Translations under genes and position numbers: made by a program | Assembly (NCBI GenBank): GCA_021613535.1 | Contig: CP075494.1 | Coordinates: 4,960,001 to 5,024,000, forward strand | DNA length: 64,000 bases | Direction of reading: 5' to 3' | Source of the DNA: Adineta vaga | Taxonomy: Eukaryota; Animalia; Rotifera | Notes under the pieces: generated by a model | The model's database searches: none | Told to the model about the DNA's origin: nothing | What the model saw: the letters and a program-made list of their open reading frames with translations, nothing else | Shown here: piece after piece, positions 23,499-35,914 of the stretch | Layout of the letters: each line of letters begins with the position of its first letter | Numbering within the stretch: position 1 is the first letter of the stretch

Positions 23499-26400
23499 AT
23501 GTCGAACGATGTACGTATGTCTACAAATTTGTTACTATTCTCATGTTCCTTTTTTTATTTTGTTTAGTCAATACCTTGGAGTGCTGCTATAGATCGATTG
23601 AAATTTCAGAAACGAGTATGTACAACATTCATTCCAAAAGAGTAAGTAATATTCAATTAAATGAACATTTTGAATAGAGATATGATATTCTATGGTAATT
23701 TAGAACAAATAAAGAATGTTGTATCTGCAATTATAATCATTCTGAAAGTGATGTTCCACGATTCAATGAAATATGGAATTGCAAAGAACATACAAAACAA
23801 GAAACTACCGATTTTTATGGATTACTTCCTCAATCGTATAGTCCTGTACGTTAAAAATAAGAAAAAGAAAACGATTGCAAATATTTTCTTAATTCTAGTA
23901 TTTGAGATGTGATATTGACACAGACTACGAACAACTCTGTTACGTATTGTTAGGTGTATGGAATATGGCTGTACCTGGTCTTATCATGCGAATGATAGGT
24001 GATATAGATACGACACCAAATATCAAAATAGAAAAGGAGCTTCTGCAAAGTATTTCGGATGCTGCTATTGCATCAGGTAAGCAAAAGTATAATAAGATAA
24101 ATTCATAGAATAAATGGTTATAAATTTCTATTCAGACGCATGGATTATTACGAATGGTTATAAGGAAGAGAGTATTTCAGAATTAATCGGTGAAGTAATG
24201 TACAATTGTAAAATTAAAAATCCTAACATGGATTTCAATGCGATTGCTGTTGGTAAATGGGGCAATATACATGAATGTCATAAAATGAAGGACAAGTTGT
24301 ATCAATTAGTTTTTTTTTCATTCGAAATTATATAAATATATATAATGACAGCTTTAGAAATTTCAACATACAATCTACAACACGCCAAGGTCATGGACGA
24401 TACAAACTGGAATTAAATCACACACACTACATATTTTTTGATGATGGTACATGTGATTCAGTTGATACAGGCGAATTTGCTTCAAATCTTGCTCGACAAA
24501 TATCTCGTGGAGCAAGACGAAGAAGTTAGTATTTTTTTATATTAACCTTTTCTGTATATGTACATACTTAAATTGTTTTGATTTAGTACCATTGATTACT
24601 GTGCTTGTTGGTGGTACTCCATATTCACTTTCGTCAATATATACTGATTTGAAGAAATTAATTCCAGTCGTCATTGTTGATGTAAGCTACACATATCGAT
24701 ACTAAATATAACTATTTAGTTTTCTTTGAATTCGTTAGGGATGTGGACCGTTGGCTAATATATTGTATAAATATCTGAAATTAACCGAAAGTGAGTGAAT
24801 TTTGTTATAATATCACATCATTTCTGAATATATATGCTCGTATGTTATCATTGAAGGTTCTTATAAATCATCGAAAAATCTAAATGAAAAGAATGATGCT
24901 CAAGATGACGCATCTAGTGATGTGTCTGATGATGACATCGATATAGCAATGATCGATGAAAACATACTTCTGCAATGTGATGATGATGATAATGTTGATG
25001 AAATTCCATCTTCATCAGCTAATGAAACGTAGATTTATAGAGAAAATTTCAATAATTTAAAATATCCTATTTGTATATATAGGTTAAGACACGTTTTGCG
25101 ACCACTCGGTAAATATCGTCTTGCTTTTGTTAACGATGTTCGACAACTTTATAATATCATACGACAGCAAGAATATGAAGCTCAAGGCAAAAGATTACCT
25201 ATCGGTGAATTATTGAGTTGGAATGAAGAGAAAAATCTTGGAAAATATTTATATCAAATGGCGAGCTGTTTAAATGCACCTTTGCGAGAAAATATTCATC
25301 TATTTAATATCGATTCATCGAAATCTTTAAAAGAAACATTATACTATGCGTTTGTTCAAGGTAAACTTTGAAATAGTGTGACATAAGTTTACATTAAAAA
25401 ATAAAATCATACGATATTGTTTTCCTAATTATAGCAAGAGACAATCTTTCACAAACGAAGAAAAAATATCACAAAACTATCGATGAACAAGTACATTTGG
25501 CACTTCGTTGGTGTATTAGTGATGCAGCAGAAAATCAATCAACAGCTGCTACAAAGATCTGGAATGATACCAAAAAAGTATACTCTTCATCTTGATTTCT
25601 ATCGTTTATCGGTTTTCATTGTAGATTAAACAAAATCGATTGCTTCTCATTGATGCACTTAGCAAAAATATGCTAATGTTTGTTATGAATTTTGTAAAAC
25701 TCGATATTGATTTTACCATTCTCTTTGATTCTATCGGTGTTTCATCGACAAGAGTTGCTACTCAGTGGTCTCATAAATACCATTATCTACAAGAATTATA
25801 CTCCGATACAAAGCGCAAAAATGTGAGAATAACATATATTGTATACGAATTAATAATACTTTCTGTTTTTTTAGCCTGATCCATTGTATTTACTGGATCA
25901 GATCAGTAGAAAACTCACTTTTACAGAGGAGAAACATTTAGCGATTGTTTTAGAAAAACTCGTAGGAGATTTTATGGAACCATTATATGGAGAGAAATCA
26001 AAAGTTGTATTAACATCATTAGAAACAGATGTCGAATATATTTATCGTGATCTTTTTCTTTGGTGCATACTAACCTGTCGACTTGATATGGCTAAAATCT
26101 TTTTAAGTCAATTGAAAACTCGGATTTGTTCGGCATTGATTGCTTCGAAAATTCTTAAATCATTAGCAGATTATGCACCGGATCAGTTTGCAAAAGATGC
26201 ATTGTATTCTAAAGCGAATGAATTTGAAACGCATGCCATCGAGTTTGTACGATGTGCTTATACCAATGATAAACATCAAGCATGTGAACTGATTATACGA
26301 CAGACAAAACTCTATGGAAATACTACATGTCTTCAAATGGCAATCGCTGCAGATAATAAGAAGTTTCTTCATGAAGATGCTTGTCAAGCTTTATTAACGA

Positions 26401-28993
26401 ATATATGGTATGATAAAGCGGATCCTGTCCGAGAACAAAACCGTCTTATTATTAATATACTTACATTGGGAATCTCTCAACTTTTCATATCGTTTTATAA
26501 GAAACACTTTTTCAAATATACTAAAGTGAAACCGGAAAATCAGGTAGATTGAACAAAGAATATTTGAAATATTTCCCTTTTATTCAATGATAGATGAACA
26601 GATCAGAGCAGCCAAAACGACCGTATGAATTTAATAAAAATGAAATATGTAAGGACTTTGATTTCAATCAGATCTCTACTTTAGATTGAACAAAAAAGGT
26701 ATTGACTATACTGACGATTATGATAGTGATGAAACGGTATTTCAACATTTTTTTCATTTTCACAATCGACCCATCGTCAAATATTGCTATAGTTGTGTAA
26801 ATTTGATAATGTTCAATAATATATTTTTCTACATTGTTTATATGATCGATTTCAGTTTGGTTATGTTCTTTTCCTGTTTTTCTTCAGTTATTATATGCTC
26901 TTTGCATTTGTTCCACTATCAAAAGATGTGTCCAGCATTCATTGGACAGAAATATTAATTATCATTACTATTAGTACGATGCTCTTCGAAGAAATTCGAC
27001 AGGTTTGTATTTCTATATTTTTTTTTTAATAAAATTCTAAGTCTTTGTCGGATTATAGTTGCTTTCTCAAGATGATCGATCGTTGATTGGCAAGATAAAG
27101 TTCTATTTTAATTTGAATAATCGAATATCCAATTTATGCCTAGTTTTACCGGCATATCTTCTATTCTATATTGGACTTGCACTTCGTTTTACACAGAAAA
27201 GTCCGGAAACCTTTGCATATGCACGGTAAACTTCATGATCATTTTTATATTCCAAACATTTTTCACTTCATTTTTCTACAGGATCATATTAGCTCTTGAT
27301 TTAGAATTATCATTTATTCGTTCAGTTTTATTCATTGGTATTGCTTCAAATCTGGGTCCAAAAATTGTGATGATTCGAAAAATGGTAGGTTTATTGGATA
27401 TGAATGAATACGATTTTGTACACCGCTTCATGTAGACAAACGATCTTCTATTATTCATAACTATTATTGTTATATTCATTTTCGCCTATGGAATCACATC
27501 AAGATCCATGATAGCGTACGGTACCATTGATTTTGATGGTCGAAAAATATTTCGTGATATTGTCTATCCCGTATATTATTTCGTTCATGGCAGTTTCGAT
27601 AATGAACGTACACAATTAGAAAGTAAATATATATATATATATAAACTATCATTAAATATTTATTTCTTTATTTCTTTAGCTACACCCGACAATAGTACGA
27701 CTATCGCCACACAAATTATATTCGCTTTTCATATGCTTTTTGTTAATATATTATTGATTAATTTACTTATTGCTTTATTCAGGTATGTGAAATAGAGAAA
27801 AATTACTTGAAGTAAGTTTTTATTTACAGTTTTACAATAAATGATGTTCAAACACAAGCACGTTATGTTTGGGCTTATGATCGTTATGAAATTATTCGTA
27901 CTTATTACAGTCGGCCAGCATTGTTTCCTCCATTTACATTTCTTATTTCAATGGTGCAATGTTGTCAATGGTGGGGGGAAAAAATCTACCACAATCGCTG
28001 TACAAATAAAAATTCTTATGATGAACCGTCTCAATGTTTTAGTAAGATTATTTTCATAATTCAAAATGCATGTAATTACCTAACTATGTTTTTGTTTTAG
28101 AAATGATTCCACTTAATGATGATGTTGATCATACATGGTCACAATTCGAGCGATATTCAACGAATGGTTACATTCGACAATTACTTGATGATCAAACGAC
28201 TGTCCTTGCCAAAGGAATGACTAATGATATTACGTAAGTCATCCGACCTAACTCCAAGGTTTTAGCGACGATATTACCTTTTATATACGATCAGATAGAG
28301 TCTTGAAAACTATTTTTAGTAAAAATTTGTTGTAAGAAATAGAGAACTTGAATTTTTCTGATATGTTTAATTTCTATACATATGTAGATCTGAATCGGCG
28401 TCATCAATCAATGCAGACGAATTAAAACGTATGAAAACTTTCATAAATAATGTTAAATACGATTTAGAAGATTCACGTAATGCGAATAATACAAAATTGG
28501 AGTCGATGAAAACTACTATTACTGATCTTCAATCACGATTTGGTCAAATGGAAAGTCGTTGTGACCGATGGATAAAAGAAATGAAAGAGGTTAGTTGGAT
28601 CTATTTTTGTCGTTTCGAATATCTTTGTTCGAAATATGAATATAGATAAAAACATCATTGAATTGGATGATGATGGCAATGGTAAATGCAAACATGGGTG
28701 AACCGGAACCCCCACTCATTCAAGTCACATCTAGTAAGTTGTTAGACATTTGATTTCTTTTCAAAGTTATAGAAACTCATTTGAAGTTTTCTTGTACCTT
28801 ATGAGATGCTTTATCATTGATGTCATTATTAGGAACAAGTTCATTCAGTCAAACTCAACACAATTATACTATCGATAATCGATCTAATGAACGGTTAAAT
28901 AAAGAACAATCATCGTTACAACAACGACGATCACCAACATCTGAAGTTCGTATTGAAATAATTCCTGGTAGAAACAATAATAGTGATGTTTAG
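23499..28993 (+). CDS. TRPM: TRPM-family cation channel (many exons; SLOG/MHR N-terminus, no NUDT9-H domain)
   Basis: FQKRVCTTFIP, AWIITNG, AIAVGKWG, LELNHTHYIFFDDG, VLVGG, DLFLWCIL, ICSALIASKIL, TCLQMA, ACQALLTNIWY, LGPKIVMIRKM, NILLINLLIALF, TRP box WAYDRY..YSRPALFPPF, coiled coil; stop TAG at 28991-28993. Confidence 0.9.
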
Positions 28994-29151
28994 AATTTTT
29001 CTTCGTTATTCATTATTGTAGCTTTTAATATAATAATAAATAGTCTATTCTCATTTGAAACATATCATATTTATCAATGCTTTGAAAATCTAACTTGGAT
29101 TGAAAAAAGGATATCAATAATCTCATCCATACTATATTTCAAGATTTTATT

Positions 29152-30081
29152 TTAACTTTTAGTCAGCCAGTAATACCAATCAGTAAAAATATTTACAGGA
29201 CGCATAAAATATTTGTGAAGATAATAGAACATAGGCGTATATGCGACTTTTACATTTGGATTGATATAAATACGATCGAATCCTAATTTCCAAAAATCTT
29301 TACATATAAAATAACATTCTGATTCATCATTTTCACCTGCTTCAAATTGTCTAAATCGTACATTATATTTCATGAATGGAATTGCATTCATGACAACCAT
29401 TCCATTCCATCCACAGTATACACGAACTGGTAAACCATATTTGACTAGTTTTTGATTGATAGAATTTTGAAAATACGGATAGTAGTCCATCAAGCCCTTT
29501 CCGTTCGAATCTCTCGTTACTAATGTATCGTAGAAAGCATAGTAGAAGTCTAGGCCACAAGCTAAGTCATATTCCATGTTATTTGTATTGATCAAATTAA
29601 TAATATCTGACAGTTTGTAGTAAATATCATTGAAGAAGATGATTTTTGTATTGTCCGAGTTCCAACTTAAGTTGAATAATGGTTTCAATGCTTCATTGCG
29701 GATGGCCGATAAATATTCGAATCGAGCCGGTGGTCGATTAATAACATGTTTCGTAATAATTGTATTTTGAATGTTAGCTTGATCTAACTTTATCTTAAAA
29801 GCATTCAATTGTGTTAAAGTGTTGTCTGTACTATCACCGTTTTCCATGATAGAAACAAAAACATTATCAGGTGTGAGTTCATCAATCAACAAGAGAAGTT
29901 GCTGTGTCCAGTTATCAAGGATATTCGAATTATCGTAGAGACAAGCAGCAATAAACCAGTTATAATTCGTTCTTCGTTCAATTAGCGTATTTTTCGTATG
30001 CATCCAAACATATAATATGCAAAAACAAAACACTATGAAGACAGATGAAGCTATTCTTTTTCTACGCACTGTTACTCTCAT
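29152..30081 (-). CDS. CAP59/GT69-family alpha-1,3-mannosyltransferase-like type II membrane protein, intronless
   Basis: N-terminal TM; VSIMENGDSTDNT, YLSAIRNEALKPL, IIFFNDI, DLACGLDF..FYDTLVTRD, VYCGWNG, SECYFICKD, IYINPNVKVAY. Confidence 0.85.
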   Translation of the reverse strand: MRVTVRRKRIASSVFIVFCFCILYVWMHTKNTLIERRTNYNWFIAACLYDNSNILDNWTQQLLLLIDELTPDNVFVSIMENGDSTDNTLTQLNAFKIKLDQANIQNTIITKHVINRPPARFEYLSAIRNEALKPLFNLSWNSDNTKIIFFNDIYYKLSDIINLINTNNMEYDLACGLDFYYAFYDTLVTRDSNGKGLMDYYPYFQNSINQKLVKYGLPVRVYCGWNGMVVMNAIPFMKYNVRFRQFEAGENDESECYFICKDFWKLGFDRIYINPNVKVAYTPMFYYLHKYFMRPVNIFTDWYYWLTKS

Positions 30082-30932
30082 TGTAAACTATAATTATCGA
30101 GATATATTGTACTTTGACAAAATGTGTTTAATTAAGATAACACGATCGGAGTCAGTTGCACCAAAATTATCAGAAATAGTTAATGGTTGTAATTATTTCG
30201 ATTGTAATGTTATTCTTTATTGATAAAACTCGTATTTTGTTCTTAGAAAAATGACTAGTGTTATGAATTCTACACAGCAAGTGAAATAAAAAATTGAAAA
30301 TTTCGTGTCTTTCATCCTTGGTAGTCGTCACGTTGAAAGAACACTTATAAGTGTATAAACAAAATTCTACACTCAATTCTTTCAACGTTGCACAATAAAC
30401 AATCAGCTTGGAGCACATGACATCAACTTGTGATGATGTAGATGTTGGAAGGAGTGAAGTGTGGGTGTCATAGAGATATGTATCTCATACGTTCAATCAA
30501 CCACACCTACAACCATTTATGGGAAAATAGCGTTGATCATAATGAATGTAATCAAGACCTTTTTATTCATCAATGGCAACTAGACAAACTAAAGGATATT
30601 CTATCATTTTTGAAAATTTGAATAGTTTGTATTACTGTTACAGATACCAATCAATTAACATGTAAGGATACTAGTAAGATTTATATTTATATGAAATTCA
30701 TGCCATCAGTTCGCCATATTCTGTCTAACTATGGATGGGAAAAAGTGAATGAAGAAAACATTGTTGTTGCTTGCATTTATTTTGACAACATGCAGTTTCT
30801 TTCTTCTCAGCAAGCATTGTGTAGAGTTTTTTCTCATTGGCTGTTTTTGTTTGTTTCTGCTAATGTGAACTGGTAAAGTATGAAAATGAAAGTAAGAATA
30901 AAAATTTTACTCCACTTTCTATTGAGACAAAC

Positions 30933-33302
30933 ATGGCTGAATATGAAAACAATATAAGCAAGGATAATGATAAAGACAATGCCGATTTATTGAAAATTAA
31001 TCAATTAATCAATCGTTTGGATGTATGTACAAGTTCGTTGGAAGAAAATTTGAACGAATCTGAAATCAATACTATATTAAATACTATGAAAGATTCTCTA
31101 AACAATTTGAAAATTCGAAAACGCTTAGCATCCAACAAAGATATCATTCAACAAAAATTGACTGATCTATTTAATCATTTTTGTCAAATTATAATTAAAT
31201 TTTCTTCATTATTACATAACTACCCATTATTTTTGGATGTTTTCATTACTATGTGGAATTTAATCAGCACAAAACTTGATGAATCAATTGAAAAAGAAAT
31301 TCTCTCTGCAAAAGAATTGTACATGACAGCAATCAACGGTTTGAGTATAGATCAGATTTCGATATATTTTTCTGGCAATGAAGTAGAAAATATATTTAAA
31401 AGTTGTGCAAAAATATTTGTCAAATTAGCACAGATTGTCATATGGTCAGATACTCGACGAACAGAATATCTAAATCTGACCGATTATATGTCCTATAAAT
31501 GTATACATAAAATGAAATATGATAATATATTTCATAAAATTATTTTATTTGTGGATTATTGTTTCACTCAAATCAAAACTAGTACAGATCAAAATGATTG
31601 TATTGCAACAATATTCTCTCTTATCGTAACAATGTCGGACAGTAAAGGCTTTTTACCTACAACAATTCGAATTGGACTTCCAGCAAAATTAGTCGAATGG
31701 TTAAATATAGTCACTAAAAAATCAATTACATTTAATCCACTTTCATCAATTATTGTTTCAATAAGTAATATAAGCCAATGTGAGGAAGGTATAATCGCAC
31801 TGAACAAAGCTGATGCAATCACTGTTCTATGCACATCGGAAAAACTATTAGCCGAGAGACTACAAAAGTCTCCATTTATTTTATCGTTTTATCCTCGAAT
31901 CTATGCGATGCTAGCCACAACGGATCAACTCAAAACTTTACCAGTTCTCGAGCCGGCTATTGATCATTTACTGATGAAAATTCATGAAGCAAATGCGGCA
32001 AAAAATTTACGTTCATCCACCGGTCATCTCTATGAATATTTAGTGCCTCTTGCTAAACTTGTCATCAATGATAATATGGCGAAATATTTACTAAATAATG
32101 TTAAATTCGGAGGTCTTGCTTTTTTTATTGAACTTTTTCATAAACATAATCTGGTTTCAACGAATGATCTCTTTGTCAAACATCTTATTCGATTAGCACT
32201 GTATAATATCTTATGTAGTCTCTCGTTTCATCAAACTGTTCAACAAGAATTAAAAGAAAATCAAATATTCATAAAAGCTGTTATGGAAGCATCACATTCA
32301 TCAACATCAAATAATGAAGCATTTATTCCATCATCATTTAGAAATGATTTAATGACGGTTAAAGCTGCTGCTGACGGTATATTGGTCTATCTTGATCAAT
32401 TCAAGGCACCTACATCGGATAATAACAATGTTATTAGCAAATCTACAACAAAGATTCCGATGATATCCTATTCACATAAAGATGCTAATTTTTGTCGATC
32501 AATTGTCACTGCTCTCAAAGAACATTCTATTTCCGTCTGGATCGATGAAGATGGACATTGCTTGTCGGACGATTGTTGGGAAGAGATAGCAGTTGCGATC
32601 AAAAATGCTAGTATGGTATTGATTGTTGTCTCAGATAATTATTGCACGAAAAGTGATTCATGCCGTGTCGAAGCTACTTATGCTATAAAACTCAAGATTC
32701 CAATTGTTGCTCTATATATCGATGATAAATATCAGGCAGAACCTTGGCTCGACATTCATCTTACAGGATTACATGTTAAATTTGGTCAAAAATCATTTGC
32801 TGAAAGAATCAGTCGGCTCGCTAAATATATAACTGCGCGAAACAACACATCGGAAGTAACAGAAACATTACGAGCAGAACATCCGTCTCATGAAGTCAAC
32901 CTAGTACCTATCGAAGAATCAAAGCCGGCTATATTAACAAGCAAGAGGCCTGAAGATGTGATTGATTATTCAGTGCCAAAAACATCACCACACACATGGT
33001 CAGCCATTGAAGTACGATCTTGGTGGTGTAGCGAAAAGAAACTTGTACCTCAACTATGTAACTTTTGTGATGGTGAAGCACTTTGTGTATATGCTCGATT
33101 GTTTACAAGTTCCTATCAGGAAAATCCTTTGAAACATTTTCAAATACTTCAAGCACGATTAAAACAACAGCATAACATCGATTTCTACGATGATCAATAT
33201 GCAAATATCGTCAGTTCTATGATGTGGACCGTAAAACAATACGGAAAGTCAGAACAAATTGTACCTAATCGGCAACAATCGATTTCATGTATCCTCTTAT
33301 AA
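30933..33302 (+). CDS. ARM/helical-repeat + TIR + SAM-like protein with C-terminal CaaX, intronless
   Basis: TIR: MISYSHKD, VWIDE, WEEIAVAIKNA, VSDNY..SDSCRVEATYA; SAM-like PHTWSAIEVRSWW...DGEAL; ends in CILL*. Confidence 0.87.
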   Translation: MAEYENNISKDNDKDNADLLKINQLINRLDVCTSSLEENLNESEINTILNTMKDSLNNLKIRKRLASNKDIIQQKLTDLFNHFCQIIIKFSSLLHNYPLFLDVFITMWNLISTKLDESIEKEILSAKELYMTAINGLSIDQISIYFSGNEVENIFKSCAKIFVKLAQIVIWSDTRRTEYLNLTDYMSYKCIHKMKYDNIFHKIILFVDYCFTQIKTSTDQNDCIATIFSLIVTMSDSKGFLPTTIRIGLPAKLVEWLNIVTKKSITFNPLSSIIVSISNISQCEEGIIALNKADAITVLCTSEKLLAERLQKSPFILSFYPRIYAMLATTDQLKTLPVLEPAIDHLLMKIHEANAAKNLRSSTGHLYEYLVPLAKLVINDNMAKYLLNNVKFGGLAFFIELFHKHNLVSTNDLFVKHLIRLALYNILCSLSFHQTVQQELKENQIFIKAVMEASHSSTSNNEAFIPSSFRNDLMTVKAAADGILVYLDQFKAPTSDNNNVISKSTTKIPMISYSHKDANFCRSIVTALKEHSISVWIDEDGHCLSDDCWEEIAVAIKNASMVLIVVSDNYCTKSDSCRVEATYAIKLKIPIVALYIDDKYQAEPWLDIHLTGLHVKFGQKSFAERISRLAKYITARNNTSEVTETLRAEHPSHEVNLVPIEESKPAILTSKRPEDVIDYSVPKTSPHTWSAIEVRSWWCSEKKLVPQLCNFCDGEALCVYARLFTSSYQENPLKHFQILQARLKQQHNIDFYDDQYANIVSSMMWTVKQYGKSEQIVPNRQQSISCILL

Positions 33303-33878
33303 AATTTGAGAATGAATAAAATGACACATTTAGGAATCTCTTGACAGATAATATAGAACATAAGGAAGAATGTACCAATACTTGAATGAGAGTTACAATA
33401 TCATAAAGTATCATTTTGTATCAAACTATATATAATCTATCTTCAACAAGTCAACAACTTATTTTAATTATAACTAGATAACTTCTATTTACAAATTTCT
33501 ACATTCACATGCATCATACCGTTCGAATATCATTCATTCTAAACATTTAATTGAGAAAGACAACAAATGGAGATGTTTTAATGAATATCCTAATTGTGTT
33601 CTTTGCTTCAAAACAGCAATTATCTATTATTTTATCTTCTACTTCCTAGTATTCATTTTTTTTTCACCATGTTTGATGCAAAAACATGTGTGGAGAAGAT
33701 ACCACTTCAACTATTCGTCATCTCAGTTCAACTCTGAAACATACTATCTTAGTTAAAAGATATTAATTAATTTGCGTAGAATCATTAAATACATTAGAAA
33801 GTACATTGAAAGTTTGTTTTTTTGATGAAATCTCTATAAAAAGAAAATACTTTAGAATGAGATAATCAGAGATAAGAA

Positions 33879-34921
33879 ATGAATAATTCTTTATTTGACT
33901 TTTTATTCCAAAGATCAATGTTTACAAATACTTCACAGACAGAAAATTCAGATTCTTTTATAATTATAATCATTCCTCTATCTATTAAATTCTGGACATA
34001 TCTTATTTCCAATATTTTATCTATTTCATGTTGTTTATTTGTTCTCTTTCATCTTTGTTTCGATCGAGGGCTTCGTCAAGCACTCAATAATCATCTTATT
34101 ATTGTTCTTCTTATCGTTGATCTTACTTATGAACTCACCTATATTTCATGGACTCTTTATCAATCACATAATGGTGTATCTTGGATAAAAACCTCGATTT
34201 TCTATTTATTCACTTATTTTTTGATTATGGATCATTTTCAACACATGTAGGTTTATTTTGTTGGATGACTATCGAACGACATATTCTTATTTTTCATGAT
34301 CAATGGGTATCAACTCGACGAAAACGTTTCTTCGTTCATTATTTACCTATTTTACTCATTCTTCTCTATCGTTTACTTTATTTCTCCTTAGTTCTTTTTC
34401 ATTCATCTTGTATCAACGCATATGATATATTTGTCATTACTGGAGATTTTATACCATGTGCATTTGATAGAACAAATCTTGAAACATACGATTTATTTTT
34501 CCATCAAGTTATTCCAACATTAATTATTATATTTTCTGGTGCAATGTTCATAGTTCGTATTTTTTTACAAAAGCAAAGAGCAAGAGGAACAATGTCTTGG
34601 CGTCGATATCGAAAGATGATTATTCAATTGTTATCAATTGCAACAGTTTATTTACTTTTTAATTTACCATGGACAGTTGCAGCTATTCTGATACAATTCA
34701 TTATATCAGAAGTCGTTGGTCGAATAATAATGCCTTATGTCGTTTATTTTCGCGTGTATGTAATCTTTTCATTTCCATATGTATGTTTGGCATCATCATC
34801 AGAACTAAAAAAGAAATTGAAACGAATTCTATCTCGACAGCAACGACGTATATTTCCTGACAATTATTTAGACATGGCTAATCGAATCGTTCGACCAGCT
34901 GTCAATATTCAACGATTGTAA
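33879..34921 (+). pseudogene. Divergent 7TM GPCR interrupted by a 1-nt frameshift (pseudogene or assembly error)
   Basis: Two overlapping ORFs carry TM1-2 (RQALNNHLII) and TM3-7 (WMTIERHILIF, KMIIQLLSI, FNLPW); one extra T in the T6 run at 34217-34222 would fuse them. Confidence 0.75.
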
Positions 34922-35914
34922 TTTCTTTTGATTATGATAGTTGGAAATCTTTCACTGAAATTTATGACATATGAATTACATTTAGTCATGTATCTTTTAA
35001 TAATATTTCACGGAAATGTCTTTATTAGTTTATGTTCTGTATTATTTTGCATTGAAACCTGAAACTATATGATATTTTATTTGAAAGTTCGAATATAGAT
35101 TCATTCATGAAAAGAAAACTTTTATGATAAACAGTTTTCTTGTTCGTATTTAATGCTCGAGATATCGATAAAATTCAGTTATAAGAAAATCAATGCACTA
35201 TTTTGAATGGGTAACATTTGCTGATGGAGAAACAAGATGTATATCATTAACGTATTTTCCCTTATGAGACGAATGAATAGTTGACACAGAGCTTAATACA
35301 GGAAAAAATCTTTTTATTCTCAATAAAATGAGAATAAATAATCAATTATACCTTCTGCTGTCTCTTTAAATAACATATCTGTACTTATTTAAATTTTTCT
35401 TTTTTAAAACATGACTAAATGTTTGGTTTGTCTCTGTTTTGGAACTCAAACATATAAGGAGCTGATAAAACATCGCACTATCATGTATCTCTTGCAAACA
35501 TACATTCATATTCTCTGACGTATCCTATTAGATCTCATAAGTTCGCAAATATATATCTATCTGATTTGATACTGTTCAAAATCGTAGAATATTTTAATTA
35601 ATGACTCATGTGTTCCTATTGCAATAGTAAGAAATAACAGTTGCGTACGACACCACTGATCAGATTTCTGTTTTCCATTCGATCACAGTGATTGTTTATA
35701 ACAGAAATTAATCAATTTTCTTTCTTATTGTTGATCGTATTTTTTCAGATAGATTACTATATCAACAGAAGATAATTAGAGTAAGAGAATCAAATATCGT
35801 ATTTTCTGAAAAAACTTACAATAGCAAATAAAAATAAAATTATCTCTTATCGGAAATGTTAAACTTACCGAGTTCTGTTTTATTTTGCATTATTAAACGG
35901 TATTTGATCAATCA

